Source of the DNA: the human T2T-CHM13v2.0 reference genome, Homo sapiens
Strand: one strand, 5' to 3'
DNA length: 64,000 nt
Assembly: GCF_009914755.1 (NCBI RefSeq)
Contig: NC_060940.1
In this document: positions 14,455 to 28,353 of the stretch, one piece after another
How the letters are laid out: each line of letters starts with the position of its first letter
Numbering within the stretch: position 1 is the stretch's first letter
Made by a program: the position numbers and the translations under genes
The notes under the pieces: generated by a model
Database searches by the model: none
What the model was told of the DNA's origin: nothing
Seen by the model: only the letters and a program-made list of their open reading frames with translations

Positions 14455-15050
14455 GTGTTGCTAAGCAACACAGAATCCTTTGGCTGCAAGTAACTTCAAA
14501 CCACTCGTACTACCTTAAGACAAGAAAATATCCTAGAAGGACTCAGAGCTGTTTCCCAGGATTCAGGGGCAGAGAGTTCAGTCATAGAACCCAAGAGGAG
14601 GAAGTTCACACAGTTACCCCAGAAGAACTGAAACCAGGAAGGGAACATCTACAGGAGCAGAGATTACACTGTTTTTCCAGGGCTGCCTGGGGTTGGTGTC
14701 TCCTTCTGTCTGTGCCATTACCTTCCTTTTCTCTCTGTAGATTTCTTTCCCACATATGGCACATGGACACACGGGGCTGCCCTGAACCCAGCCCTGCCTA
14801 CTGCAGTGATTACAATCCATGCATTAATTTACAGTTACTGACGACAGAACCTGGTTGGTCCAGCCCTGCCCACCACACTGATTACAGTCCATGCATTCAT
14901 TTACAGTTACTGACAACAGAACCTGATTGGCCCAGGTCTTTTCAGAAGTCACCCCTAGTCCAATCTGCTGGACCAGAGGAGGGTCATGGTTGCTAACCCA
15001 CCCGGCAGCAGATACAGGGGTGGATTCTATGAGAAGGACAGGGACCCACT
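14455..15050 (-). mobile_element. Old MaLR LTR (MLT1J/K/L-like)
   Basis: gaatcctttggctgcaagtaac...aaaccactc and tgattggcccagg...caccccta.tccaatc resemble antisense MLT1; boundaries approximate. Confidence 0.5.
14788..14931. repeat. 72-bp tandem duplication (2 copies, 63/72 identical)
   Basis: ccagccctgcc...gattaca.tccatgcatt.atttacagttactgac.acagaacctg.ttgg at 14788 and 14860. Confidence 0.95.
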
Positions 15051-15204
15051 ATAGCAATTGATTAATAGATCTAGAAAGTAGTGTGTGAAATTACCAAACA
15101 TATATGCCCAAATAACTAAGCTATAATAAGCATGTTCATCACTTCAGAAGACACAACTACAACCAATGGGTGTAAGCGACAAGTGGTCAGATTTCAAGTC
15201 TCAA

Positions 15205-15545
15205 AGAATAAATATCTGAAAATAGATAATTTTCATTATATGTCTATATAATGTTTTGTTATATATCTATATTGTATATGTATAGTCATCATATATGTAT
15301 ACATCTATTTTCATTGTATAACGTATAATGGTAATATAGCATATTGTTACAAATATCTGAAAATATATAATGTAATTATTAAATTATATGATTATACTAT
15401 ACACTATAGTATATGTGCTATATTTACTATAATAAAATTAAGTATAGAAAATGAAAATTATTTTCAGAAATTTATTCTTAACAATATAAATAAATCTCTA
15501 TGGATAAATCTATGTACATAGATTTAAGATATACTATCATACATA
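15205..15545. repeat. AT-rich / (TA)n low complexity
   Basis: seen directly. Confidence 0.85.
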
Positions 15546-16369
15546 GAAAAAAACAGTGTTTTCACTTTACACTCACACTCATATAGCACAGAATACTTCT
15601 GTGACCAGATGTGCAGGGTTTTCCCCATCAACAACCAGTTCTCCAGCAGATACCAATGGGGTGTCCTATAATTCAGTGCCATTCTGACATTATCTACCTG
15701 GAGATAGCATCAGATCCCACAGATTAAGGATTCTGCCGCCAAGACTGCCCCCACTTTGGACTCCAGTTGGAAGCCTCAGGTTGTGACCTGTGCTTCTGAA
15801 GGACTGGTTAGGATTCCCATGTCCCTTCCCTGGGTTTAAGTTGATCGAGTGGCTTATAGAACTCAGGAAAACACTGACGTGCGTTTACTGGTTTATTATA
15901 AAGGATATCACAATGGATAGAGATGAACAGCCAAACGAGATGCATGGGGCTGAGCATGTGGATAGGCGTGCAGAGCTTCCTTGCCGTCTCTGGGTGCATC
16001 ACCTTCTAGGTAGCCCCACTAGTTAAGAAGCTCTCTGAACTGTCCTTTCAGGTTTTTATGGAGGCTTCATTAAATAGGTTTGATTGATTCCATCATTGGC
16101 CATTGGTGATCAACTCCATCTTTAGCCCCCCTGCCCTCTCAAGAGGTCAAGAGGTAGGACAGAAAATTCCTACCCTCTAACTAGAAGGTAGGTCCCCCTG
16201 GCAACCATCCCCCATCCTGAGGCTATCCAAGGGTCCCAGCCATCAGTCATCTCATTAACATACAAAAGATACCCTTATCACTTTGGAGATCCCAATGGTT
16301 TTAGAAGCTGTGCTCCAAGAACCAGGTTCAGCAACCACATACATATTTCTTATAAATCACAATATCAAA
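15546..16369 (-). mobile_element. MER21-family LTR (MER21C-like)
   Basis: ends tttcttataaatcacaatatca (reverse of MER21 start); internal tatctacctggagatagcatcagatcccacag. Confidence 0.8.
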
Positions 16370-16575
16370 TTATATATTTGTATCTATATATGTATATATA
16401 ACATATATATCTATAGAGATTGTATATATGTATATATGTTACATAATATATAAATATAATATATAACATATACATATAATATATAACATATACATATATA
16501 CATATCTATATGTATCTATACATAGATATATATCTATATATGTATATATGTATCTATGCATATATAGTTACATTT
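16370..16575. repeat. (TA)n-derived microsatellite
   Basis: seen directly. Confidence 0.95.
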
Positions 16576-16614
16576 ATATCACTATCTCAAGACATGTATC
16601 TCTTTGACTATCAC

Positions 16615-17023
16615 TGTGTGGAGATATTTACTCTTAGGAATTGTCTCATGTGCTTCTAGGGGCGGCAAATATGAAATTTGTAGGGCAGATTAGCAGGCTG
16701 GAAATTCAGATGAGAGTTGATGTTGTAGTCTTGAGTCTGAAATCTGTAGGCCAGCTGGCTGGAAACTCAGGCAGAATTTCTGTGTTACAGTCTTAAGGCA
16801 CAATTCCTTCTCCAGAAAACCCATCTTTGCCCTGAAGAACTTCAATGGATTCACTGAAGCCCACCCATATTTTTCAAGGTAATCTCCCTGACATACAGTC
16901 AGCTGTGATGATAGATGTCATTCACATCTGTAAAATACTTTCACAGAAACACGTAGATGAATGTTTGAGCAAACAACGGGACACCACCACCTAGACTAGT
17001 TAACACATACGCTGACCATCCCA
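16615..17023 (-). mobile_element. MLT2 (HERVL) LTR
   Basis: ggaattgtctcatgtg...gcaggctggaaattcag...tagttaacacatacgctgaccatccca. Confidence 0.8.
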
Positions 17024-17320
17024 GCATCCTTTATCATCTTGATGAGCTTGATCACTTTGGAGCAGCAAGAGGGAAAGAAAACTATCAAGGCAGAGGCTGC
17101 CATGATCACCACATGATATGCCAACTTGCTAAGACATTGAGTTTCAATTGAGTCTCCCAGGCCAGGCTACCTTCCTCATGATGAGGGGAACAGGGAAATC
17201 AATATGGGTTCATTAACACTTAATTTAGGTTTTCCAGTGTGGAGCATGTCAGGAAGAGAAATGGCAGACATATTACTTGTCTCAAGCATTATCCATCATT
17301 AGCGTCTGTTCTCTTTCTCC

Positions 17321-17321
<1 letters not shown>

Positions 17322-17359
<38 letters not shown>
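17322..17359. repeat. (AC)19 microsatellite
   Basis: seen directly. Confidence 0.98.
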
Positions 17360-17361
<2 letters not shown>

Positions 17362-18387
17362 CCTTATATTTTTCCCTAGTACCTTCCTCACTGATCATAT
17401 TGTTCTGTTAACACCCACCACCAAAACTACATCCTGGGTCCTCTCCACACTGCAGCTCTCAAGACGATCGTTTACTCTATTATCAAGCTTACCATTTATT
17501 TTATTTTCAGGCGGTTGTATTCATTATAATGCCATTAGCATGAGGAGTGGGGTCCTGTCGCCAGGGCAACCAGGAGCACAGAGTGCACATTCCCTCCTTA
17601 GCTGATGTCTTGTTCCCTCTTGGGTGGACTCCAACTGTGTCTTTGATTCATTCCATTAGGTGGTCACTGGGATGTAGATGCTTGACAGCCTCCTTGTCCT
17701 TAAGTTGTCTGTCTTTATATCCTTTACTGGCCAAGATTTCTCTCTCCAGAATTCATTAATTTATTACCTTTTATTTCTGTAAGCATAACACATATAATAT
17801 TTCCAAGCATATTTAACCACATGATTATATCTTTACAATTCCTATAACCTCTAACCCTCTAATGTATTATTTTATATTACATATCTTGGTGCATTTCCCT
17901 ATATATTGTACATATTGTATGAGAGTATGATACATTCCCCTTTTGGTCAGTACTACCAATTAATAACAAGCTCCTTACTACTGAAGGTATTTCAGCTACA
18001 TGATCATCTGTCTAGGATATTATAGAGCCTATTCTTGCATTATGAAAGGGGTTGAAAGAGATGACCTATACGTTCTTTAAAAATCTGAAGCCCTAGGTTT
18101 ATTCCATATCTATAACTGTCCTCCATGAATATAATTTTAGCTACAGTGGATCTCTCTAAATGAAGACATCTGGAGCATTCCAAATGCAAGCATGAGTGCA
18201 AAATGTCTGCTTGTAGTTTTCTATAACATCCTTCCTACCTCCACAAAATTACTTAGAATTTGTGAATAATTTCATTAAATTTATCTTTGGGGGGATACTT
18301 GATTAAGTAGTACTCCAAGTGGGCAATGTAGTAAGCAAATCCATTCCCACATTTTCTTTTCACATAGGCAGAATACATACAATTTTC

Positions 18388-18608
<221 letters not shown>

Positions 18609-18681
18609 TATACACACAATTTTCAGAAGGTCTTTTGTGTGTATGCTTTTGAATAATATGCCCCTGGATCTTGCCCCTCCA

Positions 18682-18845
18682 TCAATGATTTCCAAACCTG
18701 ACATTGTATTTGAATTGCACACACACACTAACTTGGATGTAGAAACATTTCAGATCTCAAGACATGGAGAATCCGAATCAACAGGTCTTGAGTAAGACCC
18801 AGTATCTGTAATTAAAAATTAAAAAAAAAACCTCCCTACGTGATT
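18682..18845. mobile_element. MER5-like hAT-Charlie relic, interrupted by Alu
   Basis: gaatccgaatcaacaggtcttgagtaagacccagtatctg...ctccctacgtgatt; resumes gattcttatg...gaacactg after the Alu. Confidence 0.55.
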
Positions 18846-18857
18846 GTTTTTCTATAT

Positions 18858-19186
18858 ATTTCTTTTCTTTCTTTCTTTCTTTTTTTTTCTTTTTCTTGAG
18901 ACAGGGTCTTGTTCTGTCACCCAGGCTAGAGTATAATGGTGTGATCCTGGCTTACTGCAGCCTTGACCTCCCGGGCTCAAGTGATCCTCCCACCTCATCC
19001 CCCAGAGTGGCTGAGACTACAGGTGTGTGCCACCATGACCGGCTAATTTTTTTTTTTTTTTTTTTCTGTAGAGACAGGATCTTGCTGTGTTGCCACGGCT
19101 GGTCTCAAACTCCTGGTCTCAAGCAATCCTCCCATCTTGGCCTCCCAAAGTGCTGGGATTACAGGTGTGAACCACCGCACGCGGCC
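18858..19186 (-). mobile_element. AluJ
   Basis: gcagccttgacctcccgggctcaagtgatcctccc. Confidence 0.95.
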
Positions 19187-19569
19187 CTATGATTCTTATG
19201 GATGCCTAGGAACACTGGGGATGTCTGTTTTCCTACAGCTGGTGGTCACAGTTTCAGTGCTATTGTGTGTTCTTAGGTGGTTTGCTTTTCTTGCTGGCTT
19301 TCTTCATGGTCATAGATCATTTCAAAGCCTCTGATATATCATTGCAGTTTCCACTCACTCCTCTGTCTGTTTCATTCCTAATTAATTACTTTGACATGCC
19401 CGTAACCTGCTCAGAAATCACTGGGGGTTTGTTAGCAGATACAGAAACAAATCTTCATCCTTCAAACTGGATTTCACGAACCTCCAAAGTTTCATTTCTC
19501 CTCGTCTTTGAGATGTGATATAATGTGGTTAGAAGACCTGGCTTTGAATTCTGCCCCTTCCTCTGTAGA

Positions 19570-19730
19570 CCTACTAAGTTCCAGACAGTGTCTCTGTATC
19601 ATCTCATGTAATGCTTATAACAGCCTCATGGGATGAATATCCCCATTTTATAGATGAGAAAACAGAGGCTCACTTAGCTAAAATCACTTAAAGCCTCAGT
19701 AGTCCTTGGGGTCTGGATTTTGCCTCCGAG
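19570..19730 (-). mobile_element. MIR SINE
   Basis: ccccattttatagatgagaaaacagaggctca. Confidence 0.75.
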
Positions 19731-19879
19731 GACTAGGGTTGTCCTCATATGAAGTGATTGCCTGCCAGTGTCAACAGAAGGATTCCTAGTCTTGATAATT
19801 TGGAAAGTGCGCTAAGCATGAGATCTTGAGATATATTTCCGACTTCAACACTTTAATGGTAGTATTAAGAGGTATAATT

Positions 19880-20165
19880 GCTCATGCCTGTAATCCCAGC
19901 ACTTTGGGAGGCCGAGGAGGGTGGATCATGAGGTTAGGAGATTGAGACCCTGCTGGCCAACATGGTGAAACCCCCTCTCTACTAAAAACACAAAAATTAG
20001 CTGGGTGTGGTGGCATGTGCCTGTAGTCCCAGCTACTTGGGAGGCTGTGGCAGGAGAATTGCTTGAACTCGGGGGGCTGGAGGTTGCAGTGATCCAAGAT
20101 TGTGCCACTGCACTCCAGCCTGACTACAGAGCAAGACTCTGTCTCAAAAAAAAAAAAAAAAAAAA
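19880..20165 (+). mobile_element. AluSc-like
   Basis: gatcatgaggttaggagattgagacc; TSD ggtataatt / ggcataatt. Confidence 0.95.
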
Positions 20166-21215
20166 TGGCATAATTTAGACGTGGCAGTTGAGAGGGTAAA
20201 TAGAAAGCACTAATTAAAAAAAAATCCAATTTCTAAGACTGCAGAGCATCAGCTATTATTGAAAATGTAGACATCAGAAGGGAAAAAGCCTTTGTTCAGA
20301 TACAGTGCTGCTAAGTTAGATGCAGCTGAGAAATGGGAATACGTGCAGTAAGGTGGTTATGCAGTATTTTTCAACAGTAGTCCACGGTTGAGCATGGATG
20401 CCATTTAAATACATTATCTGGAAAAATGTACATAGAACTTACGATTTTTGACAGCAGGAACTCATTATGCCAGAATTTGGATTCTCAGGATAGCTGAGCA
20501 GAAAGGGCAGGTGGAAGTCTCCCGAAATAGATGAGTGTTTGGACAAAAATGGCAGCAGGTATACTGTGCCAAGCATTGGCCTTTGCCCAGGTGCCGGGTA
20601 CGATGTCAAGGATGCAAGCTGAAGCTGGCCATATGGTTCTCAGAGTCTCTCTGCTCATTCTGCCCTCCACTCAGAGGTAGAGACATGGGCTTTTCTTTAT
20701 TTGCAGCAGAAGGTAATTGCTTTAGACTTAACAGGCTGCATTTGACCGTTGACTCACCATTATGGTGTATTATGAAATGAAGCCTCAGCCTTGGTCTCCC
20801 AGAGTAGGGGGCGGGGGAGGGCGGCAGGGAGAAAGGGTGGTGCCTGAACTATCAACACGGCACAGTTTAAATGTCAGGCTCTGCAATTTACAAGTGATCT
20901 GAGATTCATGGGAAATGCAATGGAAAAGTCACTGCAGAGTCCCTCTCCCTCATGTTATAAGATTGAGTGTGTCATAAATTTTGTGCATTGCTAAGTTCAT
21001 GGTGCTTCTGTAAGAAGACATTAAAAATAGAACTCCTTACGTCCTCGATTCTTACCTACAGGGCATGCAGGCCAAAAGTCTACACACAGAAGTTAAGCTG
21101 GTTTTTAATCCTGTTTTTCGTTCTGGGGCTGTACTCTTAAAAGCCAAACACTTTTTCAGAGACATTCTGTGCCCGATATAGCTTCATTTTGTTAACAGCA
21201 GAAGTGAATAGAGGC

Positions 21216-21261
21216 AAAAACAAACAAACAAACAAACAAACAAACAAACAAACAAACAAAC
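21216..21261. repeat. (AAAC)n microsatellite
   Basis: seen directly. Confidence 0.97.
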
Positions 21262-22138
21262 ACCCTGAAAATACAAGCGAATGCCTGGATAGGAATTCAA
21301 AGTTTCATTGAAAATAAGATAGAAATAAATCACTAACCGTACTTGTCTTACCTGTGTGATGTGGATATTACATAACTTAATATTAGGTAGAATATCCAAA
21401 CTATTTTGATGAAATATGTTGGGAGAGAGAGATTTTTTGTTTCATCAGAGAGAAGTTTTGCTTTTCCATGAAGGTACAGCCTCAGCTTCCCTAGAGAAAT
21501 CTTTCTCCATAGAAGGAATTATCTGCAAAGGGTGGGTTGCTGAGGGCTAAATCCATTAAAACCAATTTGAGGAAGAGCTGTTACTTGCTGAGGATGGGAA
21601 AAAAATATATAAAAAGCTCATTACCTAGAGCAAAATGATTGCTTTAGGATTAAGAAATTGACAGTTACTGTTTAATTATACCAGCCCACTGAAAACTCAC
21701 AGACTAAGCTTTCTAGACACTTAAGCATATGTGCATTTGTTATTGTAGCAATTGGGGTAAATTTATGATCATAAATGCCAATAACTTGAACAGTATCCAA
21801 CTAGCCTTTGTGTGAATAGGTTTATTGTGTTCATTTTACAGGGAAAACACAGTCTTTCTATCAATATGACCAAGATTTCCTCAATTTTCTTTTATTCTCA
21901 GAGTTCTGTTTAATTGCCTGCAATCTTTTTGATATTAGGCTCTTCATTCATTTTTTTGTCCATTAGTAGTTTCACTAAGGAAACATGGTTCTGTAGGGAT
22001 GCGAGGTTGTGTTTCTTATACGTCTGCTCCCCTTTGGGTCTGAGATCATACATACCTGGCTTGTGGTCCAGTGCAAGCTCCCTGGCAGCTTGGGAAATGC
22101 GTCTTCAGCAGACTTCAGCCTTACTTTGTTTTCAGGAA

Positions 22139-22789
22139 CGTGGCAGGCCAGGTCGCACTAACACAGCCTTCTGTAACAACTGTCTCAGTGCTGACTGAGT
22201 AGTTAAGGTAAATATTAAAAGCTGAGAGAGCCAGTGCCCTTATACAAAGGCTGGAGTGTATCAAAAGCCCACCTAGAGTTGTGCCTAGGCCTTTCCTGGG
22301 CCTTGAAGCATGACAAAATAATGAAGGAATTCTTAATAGGAACCGTTTGGGGTTAAACAAGTTTTATTGGGGGTGTGAAGATACTCCCCAGGTATCCACA
22401 AACAAGTTTATTCGGGGTTTGAAGGGACTCCCCAAACCTCCATGATTTAGCAGGAGACAAGATAAGGATAATCATCCCAGCACCTGGACCCATTTAGATT
22501 AAGTAAATTTACTGAGGCTGCAGAGGAAGGTCTTCAGGACTCAGATCTTATAGATGAGAAGTTAATCACTTACGTCTTTAGAGGAATGCACACTTACAGG
22601 TAGACATATAGCTTAGAAGCTGTATAAGCTCTGGAAAACTTTCTAATTTTAAGTTGGTCTGGTGATATTTCCCAGGCCTTCTCCCTGTACCCGGTTACAG
22701 GAATAAACTCCCTTGTCTCCCAGTTCACCTGCATCTTATTTTGGGGCAGTGAGAATAAGCATTCCGACACTCAGTTTGGCCCGGGAACA
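22139..22789 (+). mobile_element. ERV solo LTR, ~650 bp, probably ERV1 class (family not assigned)
   Basis: (c/t)gtggcaggccagg...cccgggaaca termini; 4-bp near-TSD ggaa/ggag; TATA-like tgtataag ~22621; AATAAA 22702-22707; internal ~45-bp repeat. Confidence 0.8.
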
Positions 22790-22874
22790 GGAGGGCAAGA
22801 CAGCTTTTCTTTTGTTTATTGCTTTGTTGCCTCCTACAAAGTAGGCGTTTAATAAACATATTTATAAAAAAAAG

Positions 22875-22969
22875 AATGAAGGAAGGGAGAAAGGAAGGGA
22901 AGGAGAGAAGGAAGAAAGGAAGCAGAAAGAGAGGAAGGAAGGAGCGAGGGAAGAGAAAAAGAAGGGAGA
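22875..22969. repeat. GA-rich polypurine tract after an L2 3' end
   Basis: gaaggaagggagaaaggaagg... Confidence 0.85.
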
Positions 22970-23308
<339 letters not shown>

Positions 23309-23536
23309 CTACTAAGTTGAAGAAAGCTGAGTCCTGCCTTCCCCATGTCATGCCAACAGATTGTGTCTCTTAAAAGAGATAAACAAGATTAATTTTGGCA
23401 TTCTTTATTCAAAAGGACCTTTAGACTCTTCTTTCTGGAGAATTTCAAGGTCATATAAACCTTCCGCAAACTTAGTTATTTTAGGAAGTAACAGAACATT
23501 TCACTGCAATAATGAAGTGGTTATAATCTTACATTA

Positions 23537-23908
<372 letters not shown>

Positions 23909-24894
23909 TCAAATTCCATAGAATGGTTTTGTTTTTCTTTAAATTCTATTGTTTTAGAAAACTATACATTTTTTAAAGTGTGATTTGACTAGTAATAATA
24001 TAAGAACTTTGTACAACTAAACTTTTCAGAAACAAAGCTGTTGTACAAAGATATGCCATCATCCCTGGGGAGATTTTGAGTAAATATTCTGTATGTGGCT
24101 CCCCCAAAGTATCTAAATTCATCCTAAAAATAATTTCAGGGAAGACGTCATGGGAGTTAATAATTAGGGTTGTTATTAGCTCTTAGCGTTGAGCATTTTA
24201 AAAATCCAGTGAGTGCCTGCATTATTTCATACACTTCAGATTATCTGCCTTTTGCAAACACAGCTGAATGTAGTTCATCAAATTTGGGTATTTATAAAGA
24301 TAAGCATAGCCCAAACTTTCGTGGTTGCTAGGGCACACTCAAATATCCCATTTCAATGAAGTCTGACAAGAAGTCACTCTTGTTTTTAGATTAGCTCTGG
24401 TCACAGAAAGTAACACAGAATGATACAAAACAGCCCGAAGAAGCAGCTGGCTATGGAGAGGCAAATTCATAGGTGCCTTTTTTTCCTTGTTAAACTGAGT
24501 AATCAAAGTTTAGCTTTTCTAAAAAAAAAATTCCTGGAAACATTTGCTCATATGCTGTATAACACAATTTTGACCCTTTATCACTGCAATTCATAATAAA
24601 TGTATTTTTTGCCCTCTAGTTCCCCCAAGAAGTTAGCTCCTAGGTAATAAAATTATACACACACACGCTCGCCCCCCCCACACACACATTTGCACTAAAC
24701 TTCTTTACAAAGAATCATTTGACAGTAGCCGTATAATATAATGTTTTTCATCTAATGCTCAGAATGAAGCACAATATCAAATTATTTTTGAGGTTTTCAT
24801 CTTGTTCCTCTGATTTTAATTAGTGAGCATTTTCTATACCCTAGTCACTAAATTGAAAGGGATCACCAAATTTTATACATGCTAAATGGAAACT

Positions 24895-25243
<349 letters not shown>

Positions 25244-25271
25244 TTACAAAAGATATTTTATTTTAAATAAA

Positions 25272-25395
25272 AATGGGTACTAGGTCTAATACTTGGGTGA
25301 CAAGATAATCTGTACAACAAACCGCAATAACATGAGTTTACCAATATAACAAACCTGCATGTGTAGTCCTGAACTTAAAAAACTGTTTTAAAAAT
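25272..25395 (+). mobile_element. L1PA(old)/L1PB 3' terminal fragment
   Basis: gggtactagg...gggtgacaagataatctgtacaacaaacc...aacaaacctgcatgtg. Confidence 0.85.
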
Positions 25396-25470
25396 TAATG
25401 CTTCATTTGGTAAATCAACCAAGATAGCTGCAAATTAGTCTAGAGTGAAAAATTGATAAACTTAAAAATC

Positions 25471-26572
25471 GATTAACACATTTTAAGGGCATAATATGAT
25501 ATTGTTGACTATAAGCACTACGTTGTACAGTAGATCTCTAGAACTAATTCATTTCACACAGTGTAACTTCAAGCTAATTGAACAACCACCGATTGTCCCC
25601 TCCCCGTGGCTCCTGGTTACCACCATTCTCCCCTCAGCTTCTATGAGCTTGTCTATTGCAGACACTTTGTATAAGTAGAATCATGCAATGTTTATCCTTC
25701 TGTGACTGGCTTATTTCACTAGAATAATGTCCTCCAGGTTCATAAATGTACAAATGTCAGGATTTCCTTCTTCTTTAAGGCTGAATAATATTCCATTGTA
25801 TGTATAGATGACATTTTCTTCATTCATTTGTTTTAGTCAGTTCTCACATTGCTAATAAAGACATACCCAAGACTGGGTAACTTACAAAGGAAAAGAGGTT
25901 TATAGACTCACAGCTCCACAGGGCTGGGGAGACCTCACAATCATGGCTGAAGGTGAAGGAGGAGCACAGGCACATCTTACATGGCTGCAGGCAAGAGAGG
26001 TTGTTCAGGGGAACTGCCCTTTATAACATCATCATCTCATGAGTCTTATTCACTATCAGAGAACAGCATGGGGTAAAACCCACCCCCCCATGATCCAATT
26101 ACCTCCCACTGCGTCCCTCCCAATACATGTGGGCATAATGGGAGCTCCAATTTAAGGTGAAATTTAGGTGGGGACACAGCCAAACCATATCACTGTTCAT
26201 CTGTCATTGGACACTTAGGTGGCTTCCATATTTTGGCTATTGTGGTTAATGCTGCAAAAAAACATAGGAGTGCAGATATTTCTTTGCTATCATGACTTCA
26301 TTTCTTTGTATATGTACCCAGAAGTCGGATTGCTGGATCACCTGGTAATCACATTTTTAAATTTTTTTTTGAGAAACATTTATACTCTTTTTCCATAGTG
26401 GCTACATATCTACATTCTATTCAGCAATGGCAAAAGGGTTCCAGTTTTTCCACTTCCAGGCCAACAATTGTTTTTTTTTTTTAATTTTTCATTTTTTTGA
26501 TAATAGGCATTGTAACAGGTATGGGGTGGTATTTCATTTTGGTTTTGATTTGCATTTCCCTATGTGTAGTGA
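25471..26572 (-). mobile_element. L1MA/L1MB segment (inverted part), interrupted by THE1
   Basis: gttgtacagtagatctctagaac; ggctgaataatattccattgtatgtata; gttttgatttgcatttccct. Confidence 0.88.
25829..26192 (-). mobile_element. THE1 (THE1B/C) MaLR solo LTR
   Basis: tgttttagtcagttctcacattgctaataaagacatacccaagactggg...gggacacagccaaaccatatca. Confidence 0.95.
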
Positions 26573-26843
26573 GCTGTATTATGGGCTTAAAATTTGCTAA
26601 GATTTCCCTTTGTTAAGTGTTCTTAACCACCTCCATGTTAAGATCTCATATTAAATGTTCTTAAACACCCTCTACCCCACTCCACATGTCCAAATAAAGG
26701 GAAATTTTTGGATGTGAAAGATAGGTCTGTTCCTATGATTGTGGGGATGGTTTCACAGGCCTATGCTTATGCCCAAGCTCATCAAATTGTATACATTAAA
26801 TATGTGCAGTATTTTGTGTGTCAATTATACCTCCATAAAACCA
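26573..26843 (+). mobile_element. L1MA/L1MB 3' terminus
   Basis: ctgtattatgggcttaaaatttgctaag...catcaaattgtatacattaaatatgtgcag...tcaattatacctc. Confidence 0.85.
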
Positions 26844-27131
26844 TAAAAATCTATAATATTCTTATGTGAAAGGCTAGTGTATTTATGGACATATCTCAGA
26901 CACATTTTGTGACTAGTTATGATGAGTCAGAATTTGCATCTAATGAATTTCTTTACCAGTGTTGTAAATTCTCAGAATTAGTTACATACCCTAATATCTA
27001 ATGGGGGTTGGCCACAAGTTGATAACTAAGCCTTCATCCCTTAATATCATCTACTCCACTCACTTCCAGGGCTGAGATGAACTACTCACAGCATGCATAT
27101 TTAAGACAAAAATGACTCTGATGAGCAGGTA

Positions 27132-27187
27132 TTAGGTTGGTGTAAAAGGAATTGAGGTTTTTGCCAAATATTTTTGCACCAACCTAA
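27132..27187. mobile_element. MADE1, internally deleted (56 bp)
   Basis: TA|ttaggttggtgtaaaagg...tttttgcaccaacctaa|TA. Confidence 0.88.
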
Positions 27188-27654
27188 TAAAATTCTCTCT
27201 TGTATCTGGGATGGGTCATGGGCCCCAGAGACACTGTAGGTACTTCTATCTCTTAACTTTGAATTAGTTGAATCTAATGTGGCATTTGGGAACTGAAAAA
27301 CCAAGGAAGTTCATTACTGCTATTATTATTTTTTCCAAGTGTATGCTAATAGGAAAAACTGCTTAGCCCAAAATACGTGTAGCATGTTGAATTAGCTGAA
27401 GCATTTCCCCCGTGTTTGCTTTAGAACATAATACACTTCCGTTTTGGAAGTAAAATGACAAATTTTTGGTGCACAAACATGTTAAAGGCTATTACAGAAA
27501 ATATTTAGAATGCATAATCTTCCTGGATTCCTATTTTATTGTAAGTGTATAAATTTTAATAGAGTTTTTATATTAGTTGTTCCTCCCAACTAATTATTTT
27601 TAAATTGCTGGAATGTTTTGAAGCAGAACCATAAAAGGTATATTTTTTTTTTAT

Positions 27655-28350
<696 letters not shown>

Positions 28351-28353
28351 TCC

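Noticed and set aside
14788-14935. 72-bp repeats as a CRISPR-like array
   Set aside because: Two adjacent diverged copies with no spacers, in eukaryotic DNA; a simple tandem duplication.
17495-17560. Pyrimidine-rich ttttcag as a splice acceptor
   Set aside because: Such motifs are frequent by chance; no matching strong donor or coding signal.
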